Source of the DNA: Chromera velia
Taxonomy: Eukaryota
Direction: 5' to 3'
Assembly (NCBI GenBank): GCA_018398765.1
Contig: JAHBMJ010000517.1
Coordinates: forward strand, 1 to 46,166
Length of the DNA: 46,166 bases
A program made the translations under genes and the position numbers. Below, piece after piece: positions 24,276-36,133 of this stretch. The notes below the pieces were generated by a model. That model worked only from the letters and a program-made list of their open reading frames with translations, ran no database searches and had not been told where the DNA came from. The number at the start of each line of letters is the position of its first letter. Positions within the stretch are counted from its first letter, which is position 1.

Positions 24276-24541
24276 TGTAAGATGTAGGACACGCGCGGGG
24301 GGCCTGGGGCTGAAGGCGCTGGGCGGGCTGCGCGCCGCTCGATCAAGCTGCACACATGCATGCATGGTTTCTTCGAATGCGAATGCATATGAATTCATGC
24401 ATGCCTCTACACGAACAATTGTTGTGAGGAAACGGCAAGATCCTCTTTGGTAGCCGATCTTCGTAGCCGATGAACATGAACTCAGACTTACTGAAAGTAG
24501 TGACTGAAGTAGACGGCATTCACACTAGTCTACTTTTAACA
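24276..24541 (+). repeat. 3' LTR of copia element (266 bp)
   Basis: TGTAAGATG...TTTTAACA, followed by CTATT. Confidence 0.95.
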
Positions 24542-25376
24542 CTATTCTTTGATTTTTGCCAACGCGCACATTCTTTCTGACTGGTGCCCCTGCGCATTAG
24601 TCTTTCTACAGACTCTTCGGTCATCGGTGTCCCATCTTGTATATCCTAGTATATCCTAGCTATTCTCCATTTCCCTATCAGACACTCTGGCCACTAAGCA
24701 GCCACCACTCTAATATATATATTTTTTCAGGCAGCCTGCTTACTTGCCTATCAGTTTGGGCCTGCTTCTCTGACAAGGAGCCGTCTAGGATCACTTTTGG
24801 ACGATGATACTTCAGAAAGAGCTAAAGCATAGCTTAGCCTTTCCTGTGCACATCGGCCACCCTATATGGCTTGTCGGGGCTAACCCTTCGGCAAGATATG
24901 ATCCTATACCTCTATATGTTTAGCGGGCCCTCTTCTAAAAAGACTTATACTTGAATGACATAAGGTGACGATAGGAGCTTGAACGCGCAGCCGGCCCCGG
25001 TCCACGAATTCCCTTGATTGCTTTCCATGCATGTTGCATCGCGCGCGCGTATCGCGCGCCAAATTAAGGGCGCGCGGAGTTGATTCAATGTCAGAGTTCT
25101 TCAAAGTTAATTCGATCGTTTGCAGTACGTGAGGCCACTTGGTAGTACTGAGGCAGTGCCTGGAGGCGTACCAGAATTGATAGCGACGAGACAAAGATTG
25201 CTTCCTCCCCACAGGTCTGACGCACTACTCTCGGTGTATTGATATGTACATCCTTTTCTTGCGGGACAAGTAAGGAGACGGCACGGGCCGACCTGTTTAT
25301 CAATCCTCTCACACAGTGGTACCGATCCATTTTGACTATTCCCTTCCCGCATTTCCAGTGTTCTCTGCCGGAGAAA

Positions 25377-28300
25377 ATGTCGCAAACAAAAGACAGCTTC
25401 CAGAATTCTCCTCCAGGTGAGTTGTCCCCGTTCTATCGCGATATAGAGAATTGTATTTTGTCCGGCCTGATACTTCGAAAATTGTCTTCCCACCTCTCTG
25501 AGTGCTTTGCAGCCGAAGAGGACCTAGGCAAGACCGGACCTGCATCTTTACAGACGACAGACAACGTGCTCTGCTCGCTCATTGAGCACGCTCGCCCCAC
25601 TGCAGAGGTGAGTCTCCCGTCCACTTCCTTATATTGGAAAGTTCAATCGGTGCCGCCCGTCTCCCTTCGTTTGCTCCTTTGTTTGTTTCTCAAAATAAGC
25701 TACCCCTGTAACTTTCCACTGCAGGACATATCGGATCTTGTCTCGGACAGGAAGGGCTTCGGTTTGGCGCTGATTCTTCTGGGGTTCATTCGAACGGTCA
25801 GCCGGAGACTGAAAACCGCAGCTCTCATGTTCCGTCTCGAATCCTGGTCATATGTAGGGACAGGACAGGAATGTCTGAAGAATGCTGGGAGACGTCATGA
25901 AGAGTTTGTGTTGTATGCGTGGTGTCTGTGTATGTGCAGGGACGCTCACTTTTGCACCTGGCAAGTCTTGACCTTTCGGGTAAGAGGTGGGAGGGTTGAA
26001 TGGATTCGCCTTCTTTTTGTGCCCTTCCTCTTGGACCTTCCATCTCCAACAGTGTCTTGAGACTTTGTCTTGGAGCTTCGTTGCGCATTTCTATTTTCTG
26101 GATTTCCATTGCCGTCTCCTCTATTCACGGCTATTCAGAAGCCCCGACCTCTCTCCTGTTCTCCTTTTGTCACTTTTGTTCTTCTTACAAGTCTGCCTTT
26201 GAAATTACGCTCCCTTTTGCATGTCTCTAAACAGGTGGACGACGTGCATGCGTGTGTGTGGTGTGTGTGCAGGCTTCTCGCTGAGTGCCCGCAAGCTGAA
26301 GCTTCTTCTGACGTCCTTTCCCTCGGGACCGGGTGTTCTGGAGACACTCCGATGCGGTCAGCGAACGGGTAGAGGACGGCTTTGACAGACACACCGTCCC
26401 AGGAGAAGACTTCCGTGTGATGATGGCAAAAGGGAGGAGATGAAGAGGACTTGCCATCCTTGTGTCATGGTAAAGAAACGGAGCTGCATGTTCTCAGCCG
26501 GTCTCTTTTTCCCTCTCGTCTTCTTTCATGAACCCTGTTCTTTCTGCAGGTCCTCATGTCTTGAAGGACGCCTGCCTGCCCGTGCTTCTTGACTTTCTAC
26601 TGCGACTCAAAGCAGGGGGCACAGGAGGGGTGCCGCTGATCTGTCTGAAGACTCTCGACCTTGCCAGTCAGTCATTTACGTCGCCGCCTGGCCTCGGATG
26701 AGTTCCAGTGTGAGAGTGTGCAGGCTCGATGTCGCACACTTGATGTCATTCATTCTCGGTGTGCAGGTCTTCTGTCTTCCGATGAAGTGCCCTTTCGACG
26801 AAGTGCGATCGCCGTACTCTCCCCAAACAAGAAAAGAAGAAATATCTTATTGGTGTCTCTTTTTGCCTTTCTCTCTTTGTCTCTCGTGCAGAGTGCGATC
26901 TCGGTGAGAGAATGAATCCCATTTTTCCCTTGCTTCCTCCATCTCTTGAGCACCTGGACCTGAGTGGTCAGTCCATCGGAGTCTTCCGTGAGGGGGGATG
27001 GAAACAGATCTCTTCATTGCATTTTGCGGAAAAGAATATCTCTTGAAGGTTACACAAATGCAACGACGCAACCTTGGGGAACGCTTTTTGTCTTTCTCCT
27101 TCCTGCGTGCATCTGTATGCTCTTCCCCGTCTGCCCGTATCCCTATCCGACTTTTTATTTACAATGGGGTCGGTCGGGCTCTTCGATTTTCACGTCGCTG
27201 TAATCTGCCGCTTTCGTTGATCGCTGTCTTTCTTCGCAATGGGTCGACAACTCCGTGGCTCCCACCTACGTGGCTTTGCATTTCATCTCTGCCAGCACAT
27301 GCCGTTAGCTTCCCTCTTTCTCATCTATACACGTCCCTCTTTCTCATCTATACACGTGCTCGCTCAGTTCACAAGCTTGTCCCCTCCGCTTCCGCATGCA
27401 GGCAACCGTCTCCGCAGTATGTCCATGGAAGGCCTCGGGAGTGCCTTCTCGTTTGGCTGGCTCCCGTCTCTTCTGAGCCTCGACGTGAGTGACAACCCTC
27501 TGGGCCCTTCAGGGCTGAAGGCGTTTGCGAGAGGCCTCTCTTCGTCTCCTCAGTCACTCCCCCTGCAGTCCCTCAAATTTGCCCGCACAAAGGCGAAAGC
27601 AGAGGGGGTGGAAGCATTGGCAGAAGCACTGAAAGCAAAGAAGACAACCTCTCTGCAGACCCTCGACCTTGAGGGAAATGAGATGAGAGCTCTAGGGTTG
27701 AAACATTTGGTGTCTGCAGTCAATGCAGAGACAGTGCCTCATCTGCGAGTGCTCATTCTGGCGTGCAATTTCCTTGCACATGCGGATGGGGCGCAGATGG
27801 ACTATGATCCCATTGCTGAACTCCTCTCCACTGATTCGTTGAAGGAGTTGGAGGAGCTTGACTGGAATGGGAATCGGGTGTTTGACAGGGATATTGGGGG
27901 TGAGGGAACAGGTAGTCAGCTGTCAGCTGCCGCCTTTGCAGTCCCTGGTCGTTTCCCGAAATTGCGACGGCTCAATCTTGGGGGTAGACATCCAGCAGTA
28001 ATCAACTCTGAGCAGTTGACAGCTTTTGCGACTGCTTTGGGGGTCGGGGGGGGGCCTTCTCTTCAAGAGCTTGTCATCCCTTTCGGGGGCTCTGAAGAGA
28101 ATCCAGAGGGGATCGCTGCTCTTGCCAATGCCTGCAGTTCTGGTCATCTGTCTGAGTTGAGGGGTTTGGGGATCGCTGACCGGGATGATATGACAGGTGA
28201 GGCTTTTGCAGGGCTCTGTCGCAGCTTTGCAACAGGCAAGGTATCCCTCCTGCAGACTCTAGATCTTGCACTGTTCTATGATGATACCGGAGAAGGGGTT

Positions 28301-29715
28301 GGGGCCCTTGCAGAGGGCATATGGGGAAGGAAATTGTCGTTGCTTCTCAGTTTTCGGCTTGAGCTGTCTGACGTGAACGGGTTGGCAATGTCGGGACTGG
28401 GACTAGCTTTGGGTGGTGGGGGATGTCCTTCCCTCCACAAGCTCGATCTCAGATGGTGGGAGGAAGGGGATGAGGGGGTAGGGGGACTAGCGGAGGGTCT
28501 GGGTGGGGGGCGTTTGCCGTCTCTTCGGGATCTTTCTCTCGAAGTGACATGTAGGAGGAGAGAGGGTGAGGGAGAGTGGGTGGGAGAGGGATGCATAGCT
28601 CTGGGGGAGGTTTTGAGCACCGGCAGGGTCCCTTCCCTCCGGACTGTACGTCTTGCATGGCCGTGCGACCAGACCTTTCGTTCTCTCTGTGAGGGTCTGT
28701 CTCGAGGGAGGGTTGACCCTCCTGTGATGGTCGACATCCGTTTTCGGAGCTTCTTGTATGTAAACACAGATTGCGGATTGAACAAATTTGCTGAGGTCAT
28801 TCGAGCAGGCAAGCTGTCGGGGTTGCGGCAAGTCACCTTCAGGGCATATGGTGCCACAGTCAGTCGAGAGGGGGGGGAAGCATTTGGAGAGGCCCTCTCA
28901 CACGCAGAGTCTTGTATGAACTCTCTGGAGGAGATGACGATGGATCTACAAACAACAGAAGCGACCAGCGCCCTTCTCGTGGGCCTCTCCAGAGGTCCGG
29001 GTAGTCTCCCGGCACTGCATACTCTGAAGTGCCCCAATGGCATCACTAGCACAACAGAGGCTGCGCAGTCTCTGTCTACTCTTATGAGTGGGGGGAAGGT
29101 ACCTTCCCTCAGCGATCTGAGAGTATCTTTCCCGGGGGCTGGGCAAATGGGGATTCAGCCTTTTTCCGCTGCCCTCAGTTCTCCCCATGTGTCCGCCCTT
29201 CGATGCGGCGGTAGGGATGTTCTCAGCTGCGCTCGGCTCTGAGCATCTCCGTAGGTTGGAAGAATTGTGCGTGCAGAATCGTGCAGAATCTTCGGGTTAT
29301 CGAAGAGGTCCGTGCTTTGTGTGTGGGCCTGGGCAGTGGTGCGCTGTCTTCCCTCCACACGCTCCGATTCTGGAGCTGTAGGTTGGGGGTTGATGGGAGC
29401 AGGACTGTGTCAGAGGTGGTGGTTGCAGAGAAGCTGCCTAGGTTGACAAATCTAGATCTACAGATGACACACCCCACTGACGAGGGAGTCAGGGCACTGA
29501 CAGAGGGGTGGATGAGCCGAGATCCCCCTCCTCTGCAGCATGTAAACTTGGGATTGTGTGCGCTCACTGGTGCAATTGCAAATCCTCTTTTGAGACTTCT
29601 TGGATCGAAGCGATTGCCTGATCTGGAAAGGTTGAGTGTTCCTGGAAATGTCGGGCTTGACGAAAGATCTAAAGACTCACTTTTCGGAGCATTTCCAGAG
29701 GTTGTGGAGATTTGA
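25377..29715 (+). pseudogene. RNI-like LRR gene, paralogue 2 (8 exons), frameshifted in the last exon
   Basis: Exons 25377-25416, 25513-25607, 25725-25796, 25940-25979, 26273-26356, 26550-26666, 26892-26966 and 27402 onward are all GT-AG and phase-consistent. A deletion near 29200 relative to paralogue 1 shifts the frame (stop at 29242). A 10-bp duplication CGTGCAGAAT (29270-29289) shifts it again. The homologous C-terminus ends at 29715. A truncated protein could still be made. Confidence 0.85.
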
Positions 29716-29883
29716 TAAGTTTTGTCCCCTCTCGATGTGTCTTCTTATTAAAAAGATAATTAAGACTGTCGGGCGAGGGCAGTGGACCGCGGGGAAACCC
29801 GGAACTTTAATCTTATCCTATCCTCAGATGTCCTAAGACTGATAATACGGATATGTATGTAATAGTAGACTATTAGTAGTAGT

Positions 29884-32800
29884 TAAAGATGACTCGGGAC
29901 CAAGCCACTCGGACACCGCCAGACGGGGCCTCTCTATCAGATTCGGAACCGCCGCCACGACGGAGTTCGGGTCTTTTCAGGGGCTACGGCAATTAAGCGT
30001 ATTCACAGAAAAAGCAGTGGCCATGGCAGTGACGAGACGCGGAGCGCCGCACAATTTCGTGCGGATCTCTTCAGAAACGACTTTTAAAACGGCTGAATAT
30101 TCAATCATCCTTCCAGATTTGAGACGTTTCAAGGACTTCCTAGCCATCACTTCTTCTTTGTAGGTAAATCGATAGACTTGATAGACTGATTGATTTACTG
30201 ATAGACTGGCTGACTGACTACTGACTGACTTCGTGCCTTGTAGGACCCCGGGATTTATCCCGGTAAGCTCCGAAGTAGCTTGGAGCGAGCTCGTCTCTCG
30301 TCCTTATAAACTTCAATGGTGACGCCAGCGAGAGCTCATAGGAGGAGAGTCTGTCCCAGTTTGTGAGCATTCTCTGTTTGGGGATCAGAACCGACCATTG
30401 TTGGTGAGTGTCAGTGTCTTTCTCGGAGCAAACCATCAGGCAGGTCAGCCTCGGATCCCCCCCCCCTCTGGAACGGCACTGTTCAAAATGCTCCCTACCT
30501 CTTCCTTGTTGGTCAGACAACAGAGCTGCATTCTCTAGCTGCAGAGAAAAATGTTTATGTCCAGGTTGGTCAGATCTCTGGGATAAAAATAGCTAGACCT
30601 GAAGTCTCCGTATGCGATTGGCTCTCGCCTATAGAGGTGAAGTTCTCTATTGAGATAAAGACTGATCTCAGTCTTCCAAAGTTCGTTCACTGTGCCAACC
30701 CCAGCCTTCCCCCGCGCTTCGGGTACTACTTCTGGTGTGAAGGTGGTTGCGAAGCGACCATTCAGGAACTCTTGTCGCATGTCAACTTTTGCCCACATAA
30801 AAGAAAGCACACCAGAGTATGCAACATGATCTCCCTCCCCTGGTTCTCTACTCTGTGCTCTTAGTGCAGGGTCATTATGCATTTGTCCTCGGCCTGACGC
30901 AGGACTCGCTACAAAACCAGAGAGTTCAGAGGAAGGGGGTACCTGACTAGGGGTCGGTGGGAGGGCTATCGGTACGGCGGGAATGATGAGTTGAGCTAGA
31001 CGGAAAAGGAGGACGAGCGGTTAAGAAAGTTGAGAGTCGTCGTCTGACAGATTCCACCCACTTCCGGAAGCAACACTGGGATTGCTTGAAGAAGCTGCCT
31101 CAGAAGGCGGAGGATGGACAGACTGCCTCAAACTCGGCATGTTGCTGGTAGACGTCCCGGAGTCTGAATCAGACGAGGACTCATTCATGGCTGAGTCTGA
31201 CTCCACATCGGATGCAAATTCTGACTGTGATCCTTCTTCTTCTGCTGCTTCTGGAGCCTGGGCATTCTTTGGCTCACTGTCTTCCACGAGGGCTGTCAGA
31301 AGAATACCGATACCGTACTGATGTGCCGGATAGGGAGGGGGAGGGGCAATGCTGACACCGTACTGGTGCGCTGGAGGGGGAGGGGGAGGGGCATAGACGA
31401 GGGTGATTACGGCAGGCTGGACAGTCCGGGGGGGGGTGTTTCCAAAATCAACACTTGCTATCCATGAGAAGACTGACGCTTCCTCGGACTGCTGAATGGT
31501 ATTTGAAATATTCATTCCATTTTTCCCTGGATCTGAGGAATCTGTTGGCTCTGAAACCTGCAGACTCGCTTCAAGTGCTGAGTCAGTCGGTCCCGGAAGC
31601 CCCAAATCACCCATTTCGCTCTCTTTTGCCTGTGAGGAAGCATTCGAATCCGACGACCTGTCGGGGGAAAACCCACTCAAAAACTCGGAGGGAGATGGGG
31701 GGGGGCGGAAGGATATAACACTGGGTGCTGGAAGAGACTGTGTATACCGAGGGTTCAAATCAACCTCCATCTGCTGGTGTGGAGGTTTTTCACTGATCAC
31801 TTCATAGATGTCTTCATTCGATTCAAAGAGAGATACCGCAGTCTCTTCATTCTTCAAAATCTCTACAAAATCTTCATCTATGTCAGACAGGACAGACGAT
31901 GGAGGGGGGGCACCATGCTCAGGCATACGTTGAAACAGCGGTGAAGGTCTGCAATGCATGCCAACAAGAAGAAAAACCACGTGGTAAGGGATTATCTTTC
32001 TCTTGAACTCTTTTTTCGATCAACAGAAAAGCCGGCAGTCTTACCCACTTTATCTCTCTCTTTCTATCTTCCTTTTTTTTTGTAAGTGATCCACAAGGTA
32101 GAATTGTGGGGGTTGGCCTCCTCATTTTTTGACCGACAAATTTCATGCGACATCATTTTAAAAAATGAACACAACTCACCCAATTGCAAGTTGCCTGTAT
32201 ATCAAACTGTAGAATGTGGTAGTTTGCAGGCAGGCACTCAAGAAAAGAAAAGAAGAGGCAGGGAAAGCATGCAGTTCCGTAGAAGCAAGCTGTGTGTATA
32301 CCTGTACGCAGGTTCATACACAGCCACCTGTTACCGGTGGGGCCTATGCGGGTTGCTCTCTGGATGACTATGAAGGGCAGTCACCACCTAAAATGATTGA
32401 ATCTTTCTTTTCTTTTTCTTTCTTTGACAATGTTTGTATGCTTGTTTATGCATTTATTTATTTGTTTCTCTATTTTATGCATTTTTCCTTTGCTTCTCCG
32501 TGTGTTTCTTTATTTATTTGTTTGTTTAAATATTTGTTTGTTTGTTTGTTCGTTTGTTTGTCTAGTTGTTTGTTTGTTTCTTTGTTCTATGCATTTAAAG
32601 TATTCACTTCCTCTTGTAATCACCCTTTTTTCAAACGGAAGAAAACAAAGTGTGTGACAGTCAGAAAGAGTTGGTCACATACACTCACCTTCCAGCCTTG
32701 CTTTTTGCAATCGAACAGGAAAAAGACGAGCAACAACTTATGTTCTTCTTCATGCGTGCCCAATTGCATGACTTCGAAAAGAACAGAGGCGACTTCTTGT

Positions 32801-34817
32801 CAAACTCACTTCTGTTCCTGCAAGTAATAAATGCATGTAAATGCATGTATAAATATGTATAAAAGAACACTCGATAGACTTCGTTTTTGGTTTCGCCCTT
32901 TCCGCTTGCTTTGCTGTCACACAGATGTGAGTCTCAGTTCACTGTACGATACCCCCTCTTTTTTCTTCGCTAAACTGCAGCTGCGGTGTCCCTTCCCCCC
33001 CCTTACATCGTCTGTGAGCTGAGAGTAAACGTTGCGTGTGCATACTGCCTCCCTCCCTCCCCCTTCCCTGAGGCTCCCTTTCCATTTCTTTTTTATTTTC
33101 ACCCAATTCTAGCACCCAATCCCCTTTCCCCCACCTTTTTTCTTTAGATCTTTCACCCTCGTCACCCATACTATCTCGTCTGTCTCTTTCTCTTCTGTTG
33201 TTCTTTCTCTCTTTTTCTCTTAAATGGCATTCGACCTCATGCGTTTGCCTTCCGTAAGTCGTGATAGTCAGAAAAAGAAGAAAACTTAAGAAGTTTGCAT
33301 TGGTTTACGGAGAGTCAGGGGAGACATACGGATTGAAGGACATGAAGTTGGAATAAGGGACTAGAAGGAATCAAAGGGTAAAAAAGAATGAAACAGAATA
33401 AGAAACAGAGGGTCTGGTCATATGGACAGTGACTGAAGTCCTTTCCAGTCCCGTGTCTCTCCTTCACACACCCTACCTCCTCCTCTACTTCACTTCATCC
33501 TCCTTTCTTTATCTTCCTTTCTCCCTCTTTGCTTCACCTACATGATCTTGCATTCATTTTAGCATTGACTCACCGTTTTTTTCTCCACAAAGAAGCCAAA
33601 AGCTTGAAAAAACAGACCCAGAAAGCAAAAAAGTGGAGAGGAAGTGATTCGCCTGAATGAAAACAGCCAAATCACTAGGCTAAATCATCCTCACCCTTTC
33701 CATTCCACAGAATTGAATCACAAAGCGACACACATTCAACCCTTCCAGTTTTTTCAAGCCAAACTCTCTCTCTAAAAGAAAGTCGGCTCACCAGAGAATG
33801 GAGATAAGGAGCAGTTGGGAGTGGGAGAGAGAAGAGTCTCACAGATGATGTAGTTGAAGACTGATTACAAGATTGCTTCAGTCTCCCCTCATCTTACCAT
33901 CACTTTCTCTCGACAAAAACTCCACCCATACACATCAAACAAGTCAACACTTGCTCTTCTCTTCTGATTTCAGCTGTTCTTTTAGTAGGAGAGCAAGGTG
34001 GGCCAGTAGGAAGGAAAGGAAAGCCATCTACTTGTCAGAGCGAGAAACCAATTATTTTTGCATACATGCATGGAAAAAGAAAAGAAAACATCGCGAGCTG
34101 TTTTGCTCGCGCTGCGCGCTTCAAAGGAAGCCCCCGCGCCTACAAAGAAAACAAATGCACAAAAAGGCCACGTCGGGTCAATTCATACGGTTAGGACCTG
34201 AGATTTTTTTTCTTTTCTTTTCATTTTGTTTCAGTACATTCGGCCTGCAAGGACCAACAGTTTTTTATATTTTCTTTTATTCTGGCAGGCTCTTTCTCAT
34301 GGATTACTTCGAGAATCCACATCAGTCCGCTGCAGGTGCGAGACCATTACGTGAACAGTTCCCGCCAAAGGTAGATGGAGGGGATTGAAGATAACTCAGG
34401 ACCAAGCCACTTGAGCACCACCAAACGGGGCCTCTCTATCAGATTCGGAACCGCCGCCACGACGGAGTTCGGGTCTTTTCAGGGGCTATGGCAATTAAGC
34501 GTATTCACAGAAAAAGCAGTGGCCATGGCAGTGACGAGACGCGGAGCGCCGCACAATTTCGTGCGGATCTCTTCAGAAACGACTTTTAAAACGGCTGAAT
34601 ATTCAATCATCCTTCCAGATTTGAGACGTTTCAAGGACTTCCTAGCCATCACTTCTTCTTTGTAGGTAAATCGATAGACTTGATAGACTGACTGATTGAC
34701 TGATAGACTGACTGACTGACTACTGACTGACTTCGTGCTTCATAGGACCCCGGGATTTATTCCGGTAAGCTCCGAAGTAGCTTGGAGCGAGCTCGTCTCC
34801 CATGCTTATAAACTTCA
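29884..34817 (+). mobile_element. Non-autonomous LTR element (LARD-like) with 432-bp LTRs and antisense cargo
   Basis: LTRs at 29884-30315 (TA...CA) and 34386-34817 (TG...CA). TSD GTAGT at 29879-29883 and 34818-34822. PBS TGGTGACGCCAGCGAGAG at 30317-30334. PPT GGAGGGGA at 34377-34384. No gag, RT or IN motifs recognised inside. Confidence 0.9.
30440..31980 (-). pseudogene. Antisense cargo gene of unknown function (Pro/Ser/acidic N-terminal part, globular-looking C-terminal part)
   Basis: ORFs 31980-31021 and 30882-30535 share a frame, joined by 46 open codons after a single TAA. The frame continues past TAG 30535 (RMQLCCLTNKEEVGSIL...). A polypyrimidine-TGCAG acceptor near 31949 suggests upstream exons. 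Confidence 0.6.
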
Positions 34818-34822
34818 GTAGT

Positions 34823-35800
34823 ACATAATATTCATATAATACCTATAGTGTATTAGTAGTAATACTACATACAATCTAGACTACATCTAGAACAAGACCT
34901 TGTAATACTTTGCAAAAGCTGCAAAACACTACAAAGAAGTTTAAATTATACTGTTAAAGCAGCTAAACGTCTTAATTAAGATACCAGAGCTATAAAAACT
35001 AATCTAGTTCTGTACTGCTACATAACTATATTAGATTCTAAATTAGATTGTGTGCAATCAATTTAGACTAGCAGTGAACTGTGAACGTAAGTGAACGCTA
35101 TATTAGTTATGGTGACTCAACCGTAAATTCAATTAAGTTTGATAAAATGAAATGAAATGAAAGTTTGGCTTTGCTAGAGTGGAGTCGTACTCCCAGCAGC
35201 CCATGTTTATGCATATAAAATGAATGTATTTTTAATAATAACTTGCATCATTTATAAACTGTAGTAATACATTCACCCTAGCATTCACCGTAGTACTGTA
35301 CTACCTTAGGCAACAAAATTATTAAATAAATTTTGGAGCTTCAGCGAAATTTTATTCTGATAGATGTAATTGGATCAAGTACAGTAGTTTGAAAGCTTAT
35401 GGCCTAGTGTATTAAACAAAGCTATACTAGGGTTTATATGGCCCAGCTGACTAGCTATACTAAGCTTTAAATGCTCTACGTATTATATAGGACCCCTTTG
35501 ATCGTTTGTTGTTGATAAAAAAATAACTTTTCTACAAAAATCACACATAAAGCTTAAACTACATCATAAACTCTTAGTAGAAATGAAAGTTTTTAATCTC
35601 TCAGGCTTATAATACAGTCATTGATGATTGGTTTCTTTGGTCTTTGTCTCCATTTTGCTAAGATTTTTAAAAGATTATTCAATAATTTTATCGTATACGG
35701 TAGTACATTCAACCAATATATTATATATATTTACAAAAATATTTAAGACCGTTAGTAAGAATTAACTTCAATTAAGTATCACTAATAGACTCACTATCTA
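34823..35800. other. AT-rich, TpA-rich decayed sequence
   Basis: Dense TAG/CTA/TATA and few CpG. Continues on the other side of the LTR element at 29820-29883. Similar blocks at about 840-1030, 15445-15880 and 16200-16400. Confidence 0.6.
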
Positions 35801-36133
35801 AATCACTAGATGGATCACTTTCTTTAAAAATGTTTATATAACTTTTTTTTAATTCTACTGCCAGTGTCTTTCTTTCTTTTTCTAGTTCTTTTCCCATGTT
35901 TTCAAAACTTGAACCCTCTGCGGTTCTTCCAATACCCCTGCTTAACTCCACTACACACTGAAGAAGTCCAAGCACAATCTGCAGGGAACTCTCAGTGACC
36001 ACAGGCCTGCTCTGCACGTAGGTACTCGATCATTCATGCATTTCGTTTCTGCTCTTCATTAGTAAGAAAACAGCCATCTCCTAGCTGAGCCATCCCCCTG
36101 TCCGTTCCACCCCATGCATACATTCCTGCTCAT

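Larger units (their letters stand above)
18572..24541 (+). mobile_element. Full-length decayed Ty1/copia LTR retrotransposon
   Basis: Paired LTRs, PBS, gag with zinc knuckles, PR-IN-RT-RH domain order and a PPT. TSD CTATT at 18526-18530 (and 18553-18557) and 24542-24546. The 5' junction is locally duplicated from 18531. Confidence 0.95.

Noticed and set aside
25239..26060. 273-aa ORF (likewise 43878-44627, 4649-5302, 4104-4814) as standalone genes
   Set aside because: These are read-throughs of short LRR exons plus introns. The phase-consistent spliced model explains the conserved parts.
28276..29052. Antisense 258-aa ORF (and 2036-2452)
   Set aside because: Shadow ORFs of GC-rich LRR coding sequence.
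34375..34665. 96-aa ORF duplicated at about 29890-30165, with an apparent intron after it
   Set aside because: It lies within the LTRs of the second element and has no recognisable domain. The duplication is explained by the LTR structure.
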